Source: an uncultured bacterium (GTDB lineage: Bacteria; SAR324; NAC60-12). Taken from it: a DNA stretch of 64,000 nucleotides. Below are positions 50,784 to 60,000 of the stretch, in pieces (position 1 is the first letter of the stretch; every line of letters starts with the position of its first letter). Where the stretch lies: assembly GCA_965662235.1 (NCBI GenBank), contig CBFIGY010000001.1, positions 160,001-224,000 on the forward strand, given 5' to 3'. Position numbers and translations under genes: made by a program. Below the pieces are notes generated by a model. It had not been told where the DNA came from, did not search any database, and saw only the letters and a program-made list of their open reading frames with translations.

Positions 50784-51908
50784 TCATGAGGAAGCTCCGG
50801 GGCCGCCGCCAAGCTCTGGGGCACCGGTTCCCACGTCGCGTTGCGCGATCGCCACAGACTTGATGATGGCGTAACACGGTGTTCCGGGAGCAAGGCCCAG
50901 CGCCTGCGCAGAGCGGCGGGTCAGGCGGGCGAGAAGCCGGTCGGTGCCGGACTGCAACGCGACCATGACCCCTGGTCCGGAGCCTTCATGGACAGCGATC
51001 ACGGTGGCTGGAAGCTGATTCAGAGCACTCAGCTGCGTGGGTTGCTGGAGCGAAAGGATGACCTCGTGGGCCAGGATGCGCAGGCGCAGCTCGCTTCCGG
51101 GAGCGGCCTGACACTGAGGAAGCAGCAGGCGTCCGGAACTGACCGCCAGCTCCGTGAGTCCATCGTCGTGGTGCTGAAGGACGGTGGCAGCCATCAGGGC
51201 CCCGGCTTCACGAATGCCCAGAGACGGCACCACCTCCGGATCAGAGAGCACCTCTGCAGCAGGTCCAGAGCGCACAATGTGCCCATTTTCCAAAATCACC
51301 ACGGTGGTCGCGAGCCGTCCCACCTCTGCCAAGGAGTGACTGACGTACAGAATCGGAATCCGGGTCTCATCCCGGAGGCGCTCCAAGTAGGGCAGAATTT
51401 CAGCCTTCCGGGGGTCATCGAGCGCGGCCAGCGGTTCGTCCATCAGCAGCAGTCGGGGTCCACTCAACAGGGCTCGACCAATCGCCACTCGCTGTTTTTC
51501 CCCTCCAGACAGCGCGCCCGGTTTCCGGTTCAGGAGGTGCTCAATCCCAAGCAACGTGACCACCCGCTCCACCGGGGTCAGCTTTGCCGTTCGAGGCGCA
51601 AACCACTGCCCAAACTTCAGGTTCTGCTGCACCGTCAGGTGTGGAAAGAGTCGGCCTTCCTGAAACACGTACCCAACACGACGACGGTGGCTGGGCACCG
51701 AAATCTTCTGCTGGTGGTCAAAAACACACTCGCCCTGCAGGACAATCCGTCCCGACTGTGGACGCAGAAGCCCAGCCACCGCGTTCACCACCGTGGTCTT
51801 CCCGGAGCCTGAACGTCCAAACAGCACCGTGACGCCTTCCGGAGCCGAAAAGGAAACATCTAGGGCGAAGCGAGCAAACTGATGCTGCAGCACAACTTCC
51901 AGGCTCAT
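50784..51908 (-). CDS. modC: Molybdate ABC transporter ATP-binding protein
   Basis: GRSGSGKT, LSGGEKQR, LLMDEP, C-terminal TOBE/Mop-like ending IKSVA; ATG at 51908 overlaps the modB stop. Confidence 0.95.
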   Translation of the reverse strand: MSLEVVLQHQFARFALDVSFSAPEGVTVLFGRSGSGKTTVVNAVAGLLRPQSGRIVLQGECVFDHQQKISVPSHRRRVGYVFQEGRLFPHLTVQQNLKFGQWFAPRTAKLTPVERVVTLLGIEHLLNRKPGALSGGEKQRVAIGRALLSGPRLLLMDEPLAALDDPRKAEILPYLERLRDETRIPILYVSHSLAEVGRLATTVVILENGHIVRSGPAAEVLSDPEVVPSLGIREAGALMAATVLQHHDDGLTELAVSSGRLLLPQCQAAPGSELRLRILAHEVILSLQQPTQLSALNQLPATVIAVHEGSGPGVMVALQSGTDRLLARLTRRSAQALGLAPGTPCYAIIKSVAIAQRDVGTGAPELGGGPGASS

Positions 51909-52618
51909 GATCCTGAAATCCTCCGGGCTACAAACTGTGCCAGGAACTCGGAGACCGCCAAGGCGCCAAAGGCCAGCACCACAGAGACCACGACCAGACG
52001 CAAAGCGCCGGCTTCCCCACCCGGCACCTGCAAGAGGGCATAAATTGCAGACGGCAGGGTTTGCGTTTCCCCGGGAATGCTGGACACAAACGTGATGGTT
52101 GCTCCGAATTCGCCCATCGCTTTTGCAAAGGAAAGCACCGCCCCGGCCAGAATTCCCGGGAGCATCAGCGGCAACGTAATGAGGCCAAAGGTCAGAAGCC
52201 GGTTGGCGCCTAGCGTCTGAGCAGCTTCCTCTAGCTTCGGGTCGACTGCTTCCAGAGCAAGGCGAATGGCCCGGACCATCAGCGGGAATCCCATCAGTCC
52301 ACACGCCAACGCAGCACCCGTCCAACGGAAAGCCAGCACGACGCCAAAGGTTTCTTCGAGAAAGGAGCCAATGGGGCCACGACGTCCAAACAGCACCAGC
52401 AGTAGGTACCCGGTGACCACCGGAGGCAGGATAAGAGGGAGGTGAACCAGTCCGTTCAGCAGCTGCTTGCCCCGGAAGTGAGTTCGGGCGAGCAGCACTG
52501 CCACAGCGATTCCCAGCGGCAGACTGACCAACGTGGCCCAAAACGCCACCCGCAACGACAGCTGCACCGCCACCCATTCTTGTGGACTCAACCCCTCTCC
52601 CCACATGGCCAGACTCAC
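51905..52618 (-). CDS. modB: Molybdate ABC transporter permease (alternative ATG at 52606)
   Basis: LPLILPPVVTGY, LEEAAQTLGA, GEFGATITF, PGETQTLP. Confidence 0.96.
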   Translation of the reverse strand: MSLAMWGEGLSPQEWVAVQLSLRVAFWATLVSLPLGIAVAVLLARTHFRGKQLLNGLVHLPLILPPVVTGYLLLVLFGRRGPIGSFLEETFGVVLAFRWTGAALACGLMGFPLMVRAIRLALEAVDPKLEEAAQTLGANRLLTFGLITLPLMLPGILAGAVLSFAKAMGEFGATITFVSSIPGETQTLPSAIYALLQVPGGEAGALRLVVVSVVLAFGALAVSEFLAQFVARRISGS

Positions 52619-53433
52619 GGATGCAGAAGCACTCGGAACCCCTGGGCCTCAAACAGGACCTGGGCAGAGGGGCTGCTCAAGAAAGACAAAAAGGCAGGGG
52701 CGCTAGGGTTGCGGCTTTCCGCCAACTGCGCCACCGGGTAGATGATGGGTGGATGAGAGTCTTCTGGAAAGGTTGCGAGCCGTTGGACACGAGGCTCTGC
52801 CACGGCATCCGTCGCATAGACAATGCCCAGCGGAGCCTCTCCTCGGGCAACCAACGCGAGGGCGGTCCGGACGTTGTCAGACTGAGCCACCTGCCCCCGA
52901 ACCGACTCCCACAGTCCCAGCTTCTGCAGGGCGGCCTTTCCATAGAGGCCAGCGGGCACCGAGTCGACCAGTGCCATTGCCAGCCGTTCCGGGCCCAACC
53001 GCTGCTTCAGTGCGTCTGGGTCGCTCAGCGCCACAGGTTCCTGTGTGCCGAATCCCACCAGCACCAGTTGATTTCCCAGCAGGTTCCGACGGGTTCCGGA
53101 GGCCAGCAGGCCCTCTTGCTCCAGCACATCCATCCAGCTTACGTTGGCAGAAAGGAAGAGATCGGCAGGGGCGCCCCGCTGAATCTGCCGAGCCAGCGCA
53201 GAGCTTCCGGCATACGAAAGCGCCACGTCTTGACCGGTTTCGCTCTTCCAGGAAACCGCGAGGGCGTCCAGTGCATTCTTGAGACTGGCAGCCGCAAACA
53301 CGAGCAGGCGCTCCTGCGCCATCAGCGTCGATGCCCACCCCAGCAGTCCCAACAGCAGCAGGCTGCGTTGAAGCTGGCGGAGGAGCCTTCGGGTTCGGCG
53401 TTGGTGGATGGGAACAGGCATGGGGCGTTGCAT
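52615..53433 (-). CDS. modA: Molybdate ABC transporter substrate-binding protein (start uncertain)
   Basis: VFAAASL, GSSALARQI..GAPADLFLSAN, VPAGLYG, GIVYATDA, HPPIIYP. Confidence 0.95.
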   Translation of the reverse strand: MQRPMPVPIHQRRTRRLLRQLQRSLLLLGLLGWASTLMAQERLLVFAAASLKNALDALAVSWKSETGQDVALSYAGSSALARQIQRGAPADLFLSANVSWMDVLEQEGLLASGTRRNLLGNQLVLVGFGTQEPVALSDPDALKQRLGPERLAMALVDSVPAGLYGKAALQKLGLWESVRGQVAQSDNVRTALALVARGEAPLGIVYATDAVAEPRVQRLATFPEDSHPPIIYPVAQLAESRNPSAPAFLSFLSSPSAQVLFEAQGFRVLLHP

Positions 53434-53532
53434 CAAAAAGAAGGGTCAGGTTTCCGACACCGGGGAGACCATGCTAGCGGCTTTGTCCGCAAAGCAAAAA
53501 CCATATGAAGAGGTCTATTGGTTTCGGAGGCG

Positions 53533-53548
53533 TGGTACGCGCTTTGCT
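53533..53548 (+). promoter_or_regulatory. Sigma54 (-24/-12) promoter for the flg operon
   Basis: TGGTAC-N5-TTGCT with exact GG-N10-GC spacing, 50 nt before flgF. Confidence 0.75.
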
Positions 53549-53598
53549 TTGCTGTGAGAAAGTTATTCGCACTGTAACCCAAACCTGAAAGCTTCGCG

Positions 53599-54372
53599 AT
53601 GACGTCCATTAACAGCCTCGTTCATGCCGCCGGCGCTCTTGAGCGCAAGCTGGACACGGTTGCCAACAACCTGGCCAATGCCAGCACCACAGGCTTCAAA
53701 GCCGATCAGGCTGCCTTTAAAGAGGTGCTCTCCACGGCCCAGCGGGTGGCTCCCGAATCTACCGAGGAATCCTTTCTCTCCCACGAGTACCTTGATCAGT
53801 ACGTGGGCATGGACCGTTCCTCTGTTCAAGTGGACGAAATCGGCAAGGACTTTTCAACCGGACGGCTCCGGCAGACGGGCAATCAGTTGGACCTTGCGTT
53901 GGACGGCTCCGGATTCTTCACCTTGGAGACTCCTCAGGGCACCCGCTACACCCGGGCCGGAAGCTTCAAGCTCGACAACGAAGGCCGCCTAGTGACCTTT
54001 GAAGGCAACCGCCTAATGGGGGAAAACGGAGAGATTCGGGTCAACGGATCACAGGTGCAGATCAGTGACGCCGGGCAGGTTTCTGTCGACGGAGAGGTGG
54101 TGGACACCCTCCGGTTGGCTGAATTCCGACGCCCGCAGAATTTGCAGAAACTGGGAGGGAACCTGTTCGCTCCCCTGCATCAAGACGATGTCCCGATCCC
54201 TGCGCAGAACACCGCGGTGAAGCAGGGCATGCTGGAGGACTCAAACGTCAACACGGTCTTGGAGATGACCCGAATGATCTCCGCGCAAAGGGCCTATGAA
54301 ACCGTTCAGCGGGCCATGAGCAACGTAGACAAACTCAACGAACGTGCCATCTCGATTGCACGGGTCGGCTGA
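53599..54372 (+). CDS. flgF: Flagellar basal-body rod protein FlgF
   Basis: ANNLANASTTGFK, TGNQLDLAL, YTRAGSF, LEDSNVN..EM..MI..QRAYE. Confidence 0.9.
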   Translation: MTSINSLVHAAGALERKLDTVANNLANASTTGFKADQAAFKEVLSTAQRVAPESTEESFLSHEYLDQYVGMDRSSVQVDEIGKDFSTGRLRQTGNQLDLALDGSGFFTLETPQGTRYTRAGSFKLDNEGRLVTFEGNRLMGENGEIRVNGSQVQISDAGQVSVDGEVVDTLRLAEFRRPQNLQKLGGNLFAPLHQDDVPIPAQNTAVKQGMLEDSNVNTVLEMTRMISAQRAYETVQRAMSNVDKLNERAISIARVG

Positions 54373-54404
54373 ACCCTGGATTTTTGATTAGGAGATAGAA
54401 CGCC

Positions 54405-55193
54405 ATGATGCGAGCACTCTACACGGCCGCCTCCGGAATGGGCGCCCAGCAACGACACATCGACACCGTTGCCAACAACCTGGCCAACGTCAACACCACG
54501 GGCTTCAAGAAGAGCAAGGTTCACTTCCAGGACCTGCTCTATCATAACGAACGCTCCGCCGGGGTGCCTTCTTCCCTGTCCACGCAGGTGCCAGTTGGTC
54601 TGCACGTGGGACACGGGGTCAAGTACGTTGCCACTGAGAAGGTGCACACGCAGGGTAGCGTTCAGAACACCGGAAACGACCTAGACCTCAGCATTGATGG
54701 CATTGGGTACTTCCAGATCCTCCAGCCCAACGGCATTGTTGCTTACAGCCGCGACGGACACTTCAACATTGACGGCCTCGGTCGCCTGGTGACCAACGAC
54801 GGCATGATCCTCGATCCGGAAATCAACATTCCGCAAGACACCCGGAAGATTGAGATCGGCTTCGACGGCACCGTTTCTGTTTACCTGCGGGATGAGACGC
54901 AGCCGGAAGCCATTGGCAGCATCCAGCTCGCTCGCTTCACCAATCCTGCTGGACTGACCCCGATTGGCAAGAACCTCTACATCCCCACTCCGGCCTCGGG
55001 CAACGCGATTGTGGATGCCCCCGGATCCAACAGCATGGGTAAGCTCAACCAGGGCTTCCTGGAAATGTCCAACGTCTCCCTTGTTGAGGAAATGGTGGAC
55101 ATGATCACCGCGCAGCGGGCTTATGAGGTCAACTCCAAAGCCATTCAGGCATCCGATGAGATGCTGCAAACTGCCAATAACCTGACCCGCTAA
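54405..55193 (+). CDS. flgG: Flagellar distal rod protein FlgG
   Basis: MMRALYTAASGM.AQQ, ANNLANVNTTGFK, LEMSNV..VEEMVDMITAQRAYEVNSKAI. Confidence 0.97.
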   Translation: MMRALYTAASGMGAQQRHIDTVANNLANVNTTGFKKSKVHFQDLLYHNERSAGVPSSLSTQVPVGLHVGHGVKYVATEKVHTQGSVQNTGNDLDLSIDGIGYFQILQPNGIVAYSRDGHFNIDGLGRLVTNDGMILDPEINIPQDTRKIEIGFDGTVSVYLRDETQPEAIGSIQLARFTNPAGLTPIGKNLYIPTPASGNAIVDAPGSNSMGKLNQGFLEMSNVSLVEEMVDMITAQRAYEVNSKAIQASDEMLQTANNLTR

Positions 55194-55213
55194 CGTTTCG
55201 GTGAGTTGACGTG

Positions 55214-56185
55214 ATGAACCGGATGCTTCGTGCCCTTGCCCTCTTCCTCCTGCTGCCCAGCGTGCTTTTGGCGCGTGAGTACACAGAGGATCAAAAGATT
55301 CGTGTGGTGTTCCAAGACTCGGCTGTTGTCGAGGGCGAGGAGTACCAGCTGAACGAGGTGGCAACCCTAGAAGGAATCGACTACGGCCTGATTGAGCGCT
55401 TTGGCAAGATCAAGGTGGGTCGCTCACCTCTTCCCGGACGGAGCCTGACGGTCACGCGATCCCTCATTGAATCCCGTCTCCGTGCTGCCAAGTTGGACAC
55501 CAAACGCCTGACGTATCCGAACGGTCAGTCCACAAAGGTCACTCGAGCCGCCCTGAAGATTCCGGGAGAGGACCTCGACCAGGTTGTGCTCCAGTACATT
55601 GAGGAGCAGCACCCCGATGAAGAGGTCAAGCCACGGCTGCTGTCGAAGAGCCGGGATGTCTTTCTGCCCCGTGGAGAGGTCAGCTACGAGATCAAGGAAA
55701 AAGGCACCTTCGTTAAGGAAGCCGGATACCGGACTTACGACATTCAGCTGAGCATCAACGGCGAGTTGTCCAAGACCGTGCCCGTTCGGGTGTACCTCAA
55801 GATGTACAAGGAGATCTTTGTCGCCAAGGACACGATCAAGCGCGACGAGGTGATTGAGGAAGCCGACCTCGTCAAGGTCCGTCGTAACGTGGACCGCCTG
55901 ACCTCCACCTATGTCACGGACAAGCAGCAGCTCGTCGGCAAGGTTGCTTCCCGGGCGATTGGCTCCAATGAGGTCATCTCCGGAAACAGCGTGGTGATTC
56001 CTCCCGTTGTCAAGGAAGGCGACCGTCTGCTGATTGTTTATGAGACCCAGAACCTGATCCTGTCGGCCCAGGGAATTTCCATGTCCAAGGGTCGGGTGGG
56101 AGACCGAATCCCTGTCCGCAATGTGGACAGCAAGACTGTTGTGTATGCGCAGGTACGCGATAAAAACACTGTTCAGGTAGACTGA
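55214..56185 (+). CDS. flgA: Flagellar P-ring chaperone FlgA (long form)
   Basis: Signal peptide, SPLPG, SAF-like domain, C-terminal G.VGD.I.VRN.DS. Confidence 0.85.
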   Translation: MNRMLRALALFLLLPSVLLAREYTEDQKIRVVFQDSAVVEGEEYQLNEVATLEGIDYGLIERFGKIKVGRSPLPGRSLTVTRSLIESRLRAAKLDTKRLTYPNGQSTKVTRAALKIPGEDLDQVVLQYIEEQHPDEEVKPRLLSKSRDVFLPRGEVSYEIKEKGTFVKEAGYRTYDIQLSINGELSKTVPVRVYLKMYKEIFVAKDTIKRDEVIEEADLVKVRRNVDRLTSTYVTDKQQLVGKVASRAIGSNEVISGNSVVIPPVVKEGDRLLIVYETQNLILSAQGISMSKGRVGDRIPVRNVDSKTVVYAQVRDKNTVQVD

Positions 56186-56973
56186 TGCGCTCCTTTTTTC
56201 ATCCCGTTCGCCGTTTTGCCGCATTCAGCCTGCTGGTGGCCGTGACCCTAGGAGGGTGCCGGACCGCAGCGCCCCCTCAGATGCAAGCCGACACCAAGGC
56301 TTCCGAAGCCCTGCGTCAGCGTCAGGAGCAACTGGCCCGAGACCCCATGCGTCAGCAACGGCGCCGACCGGTCAACACGGCAGCCAATCCGTATGAAGGT
56401 TCCTTGTGGACCCACGAGTCCTCCTTCGGCAACCTCTTCCGAGATCACCGGGCACGCTTCCGAGGCGACCTCCTGAGCATCCGGGAGCTGGCCTCCATCG
56501 TCAATGTGCCGCCACCGAAGGGTCAGCCGCAGCAAGCTGCCGCAGACGCGCAGCAAGCAGGCGCCCAGACCCCTGCCGGTCAGGCCAACACCGTCCTTGA
56601 AGCCATGACCCTCCGGGATCAGATTGAGGAGGAGCAGAACGACATCCTACGTTCCCTAGACACCATTTCCGCCCGGGTCGTCCGGGTGCTGTCAGATGGC
56701 AACATGCTGGTTCAGGGACAGAAGATTGATTACCGCCAGCGCAACCAGGTCCGTTACATCACGACGGTTACCGGTGTGCTGCGTCCCGCCGATGTGGATG
56801 ACTCCAACATCGTCTCTGCTGCCAAGCTGGCCAACCCCAATGTCCAGATCAAGCGGCAGCAATCCAGCACGCTGATTCGGGAGCGCCTGCAGCAGCTCAG
56901 CCCCGTCATTGGTCAACAGGAATCCAATCTCGCCGGACGCTTGAGTGAGTTTGCCACTCAGCCTGGTCAGTAA
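56185..56973 (+). CDS. flgH: Divergent flagellar L-ring protein FlgH-like lipoprotein
   Basis: Lipobox LGGC, GSLW, LF.D.RA..RGDLLSI, ISARVV.VL.DGNM.V.G.K, G..RP.DV...N.V.; middle and C-terminus atypical. Confidence 0.7.
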   Translation: MRSFFHPVRRFAAFSLLVAVTLGGCRTAAPPQMQADTKASEALRQRQEQLARDPMRQQRRRPVNTAANPYEGSLWTHESSFGNLFRDHRARFRGDLLSIRELASIVNVPPPKGQPQQAAADAQQAGAQTPAGQANTVLEAMTLRDQIEEEQNDILRSLDTISARVVRVLSDGNMLVQGQKIDYRQRNQVRYITTVTGVLRPADVDDSNIVSAAKLANPNVQIKRQQSSTLIRERLQQLSPVIGQQESNLAGRLSEFATQPGQ

Positions 56974-57071
56974 GCAAAAAAAACGTTTTCCTTTTTTGCT
57001 GGGTTTTCATATAGCTAGGGGAGTCTCCAACGCACAGCTTTACCTGAACTGCAGACGCCCCTAACTCCCCC

Positions 57072-60000
57072 ATGGCTGACACCGGAAACGCAGCACGCCC
57101 GCAGTTGGACCTCCAAGTCGAGGCCCTCACCTCCCTCAACGCCCACATCCCCTGCAACCCTCAGGGCAGCTCCGCGGCTTCATCCCTCCGGAGCCTCCTC
57201 CAGGAGTTGCAAAAAGCCACCTTCACCGACGCCCTCAAGAAGTCCTACTCCGAAGACCGTCTTGAGAAGATCCGGGACTACGCTCATCAAGAATTTGCGG
57301 CCATGGGGCGGACGAACCGTCTGCGCATGGAAAGCCTAGTGGGACTTGCCAGTGAGGACATGCACAAGACCATGTTCGAGGCGTTGTTTCTCTTTGACGT
57401 CAACGCCGAGGGAAACTCCCTCAGTGTGGAAGAGAAGACCAAGAACTTTGACGAGGATGGCAAGCCCGTCTACAAAACCCACACCTATCCGGTGTTCTTC
57501 CCTCAGGCGCCTCATGGCATCGATGGTGTGGAACGCTTTCTGCCAGCAAACGTCCGGCATGAGGAAGAAGGGGGCATCCATCATTACCTGAAGGAAACCT
57601 ACCCGGACCTGGTGGGGCAGTTTCAGCAGGCAGCTGACAAGCCCATCAAGGCGCTCACCACCATCGGCAGCCTCGGAGGCATTGGGCACAAGCCCGACTC
57701 CGACATGGATGCCCAGATCATCCTCGACACCTACCCGGATCATCCTCACTGCTGGAACGATGGGAACTTCTTTGTGGCCCTCATCATGCGGGTGGTGGAT
57801 GACTTCTACAAAACCTACTGGGAGCGGATCCTCAAGCCAGAGCGACGCAATGAGCTGCACGACCAGGCGTGTCAGGTTCTGCTGGATCAGTATGCCGACG
57901 GACTCAGCCCCGAGGAGCAACGGGTCATTGACCTGATCTTTGAGAGTAGCTTCCGGCAGGAGAGCCGCAAGCTCATGCAGGAGGAACTCAAGCAGCTCTC
58001 CGGAGAGGAGCAGAGCAAGCTCTTCCGGCAACAGCTGGCAATGACGCTCCGGGACTTCCCTGACGCAGAGGCCTTTTTGCCTCAGCTCCAGAAGTTCTTC
58101 CCCTTCCTGAAGCAGCCTGCCGCAGAGCTCCAGGGCCAGCTCTTCCGGTTCTCCCTCAAGCAGCTCACGCTGGACAAAGTCCTCCTTTGGCTCACCCAGT
58201 ACTACCGCGAACAGTTCCTCGGCACCGAGTCCACAAAGCAAGTGCTGAGTCAGGCGGGAGTGGAAGACGCAGCGGAACCGCAGCAACGCAAGGCCCTCGT
58301 TGAGCACATTCAGGGGAACCCCCTCGTCGGCGAACTGGTGGTGGAGTTCATGCACGAGATCGTCTCCCGAATCAGCCATGATGCGCGTTCCAAGATCCCG
58401 GAGATCGTGCAGATCCTCAAGAGCCAGTTTCCCGGAATCACAGAGGCCATCGGTGGTGACTTTGTGCAGAAGCTCTGGGCTCGGCTGGATGACGGCTTCC
58501 GGGAGCACATGGCCAACCTCGTGGAAGCCTTCAACGACTGGGAGGCCAAGCAGAAGGAGGTTGCACTGGAGTACCCCATCCATCAAAAGGTCTACCAGGC
58601 AGAAGCCTACCTGACCCAGAAGTACCCCAGCACCGAGATCCACTTCTTCACCAACATCCTCCGGAAGCAACGGGCAGGACAGCACACCCCCTTCCTGGTC
58701 TCTCCGGAAGGGAGCATGGCGTATTCGCTGATGCTCAACGACTTCCTCCTCAATCCGGCAACGGTGCTGTGTGGCACCATGCCCATGCCCTTTGACCTGC
58801 CCCGGGAGTTCAAGCTCTTTGCCTCAGTGGGAATGTTTCCCGGAGAGGAATGGACGCTCAAGCAGTACCTAGATGCCAGCGCTCCGCTGCCTGGCGAGGA
58901 GCCTGAGGCTCCGGAAGAAGGAGAGGGAGGCGCAGAAAACGCGGCACCCGCTGATCCCGGAGAGTTTGAGACCTTTACGCTCCAGCACCTTCCCAACTGG
59001 GGCGAAACCTCCATCCCCCGTGAAAAGTTCCTTGAGCACGCGCTGCCCATCTTCCTGCGGGAGAGTGAAAAGGTCAGCCACCGAAACCTTCCCAAGGCCC
59101 TGCTCAACTGCTGGTGGCTGGAAATGATTGTGGTGCTGGACACAGAGGATGAGCCCCCCACCAGCTTGACGCGTCTCCTCTGGAACCCGGACCGACGGCA
59201 CTTTGTCCGCGAGAACATTCAGGGAGAAATCACAGACGCCCTGCTGGACATGGAGAAGAAGTACCCCCAGCTGGTGCTGGACCCCTGGTGGCTCAAGTTC
59301 ACCGAAATGTTCTCCCGCTTTGAGAGCTACGAGCAGGATGAAGACCGTCAGGACTTTTCCTTGAGCACCCTGAGCATGATCCAGAAGCAGATCCTCTTCT
59401 GCTTCGCCCAGCACCTCCGGTTGTCGGACATCATCAACTATGAAAACCAGGGCAAGGCCGTTTGGCTCGATGAGAATGCCAACTGGCGGGCTCATGCAAT
59501 GGTGGACTACTACAACTACTTCTTCAGCAACCCCCGTGAACGCCAGGAACTGATCCGCTTCATGCAGGGACGCGACGACGCCGGAAACCGGATGGAGAAG
59601 CTCCTCAAGCAGCTCTTCCTGGAATCCATGCAACGCGTCGAGAAGAAGCTCTGCGCCATTGGCAAGTCCAACGCCCTGCAGACGATCACCACGCAGTTGC
59701 AGCAGCTCTCCAAGCAGGAGATTGATACCGAAAAGGCCACCAAGTTCCTCAATCCGCTGCTTGCCTTGGTCAACCAACGCGTCAGCATTGAGGACCGGAA
59801 GGTGCTGCTGAAGGTCAAGAACAAGCAACCCCTCAACAAGCTTGAGAAGCTTCAGGCCACGCTCATTTATGAAGATCATCAGAAGATGAAGAACGTGGTC
59901 ATGAACATTGCCGACTACTTCAAGCAGTTTGGGGTGGAACTGGACGAGACCTGGGTTCGGAAGGCCATCATTGAATCCCGGGTCCGCATTGCTGGGGATC

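Noticed and set aside
51909..52652. N-terminal extension of the 622-aa modC ORF (similarly the extended starts listed for the NTase, epmA, mltG and the hybrid kinase)
   Set aside because: Extensions overlap neighbouring genes; downstream starts give normal proteins, most with stop/start overlaps
53553..53571. CRP-type site (TGTGA...TCGCA) before flgF
   Set aside because: Spacer is 9 nt rather than the required 6
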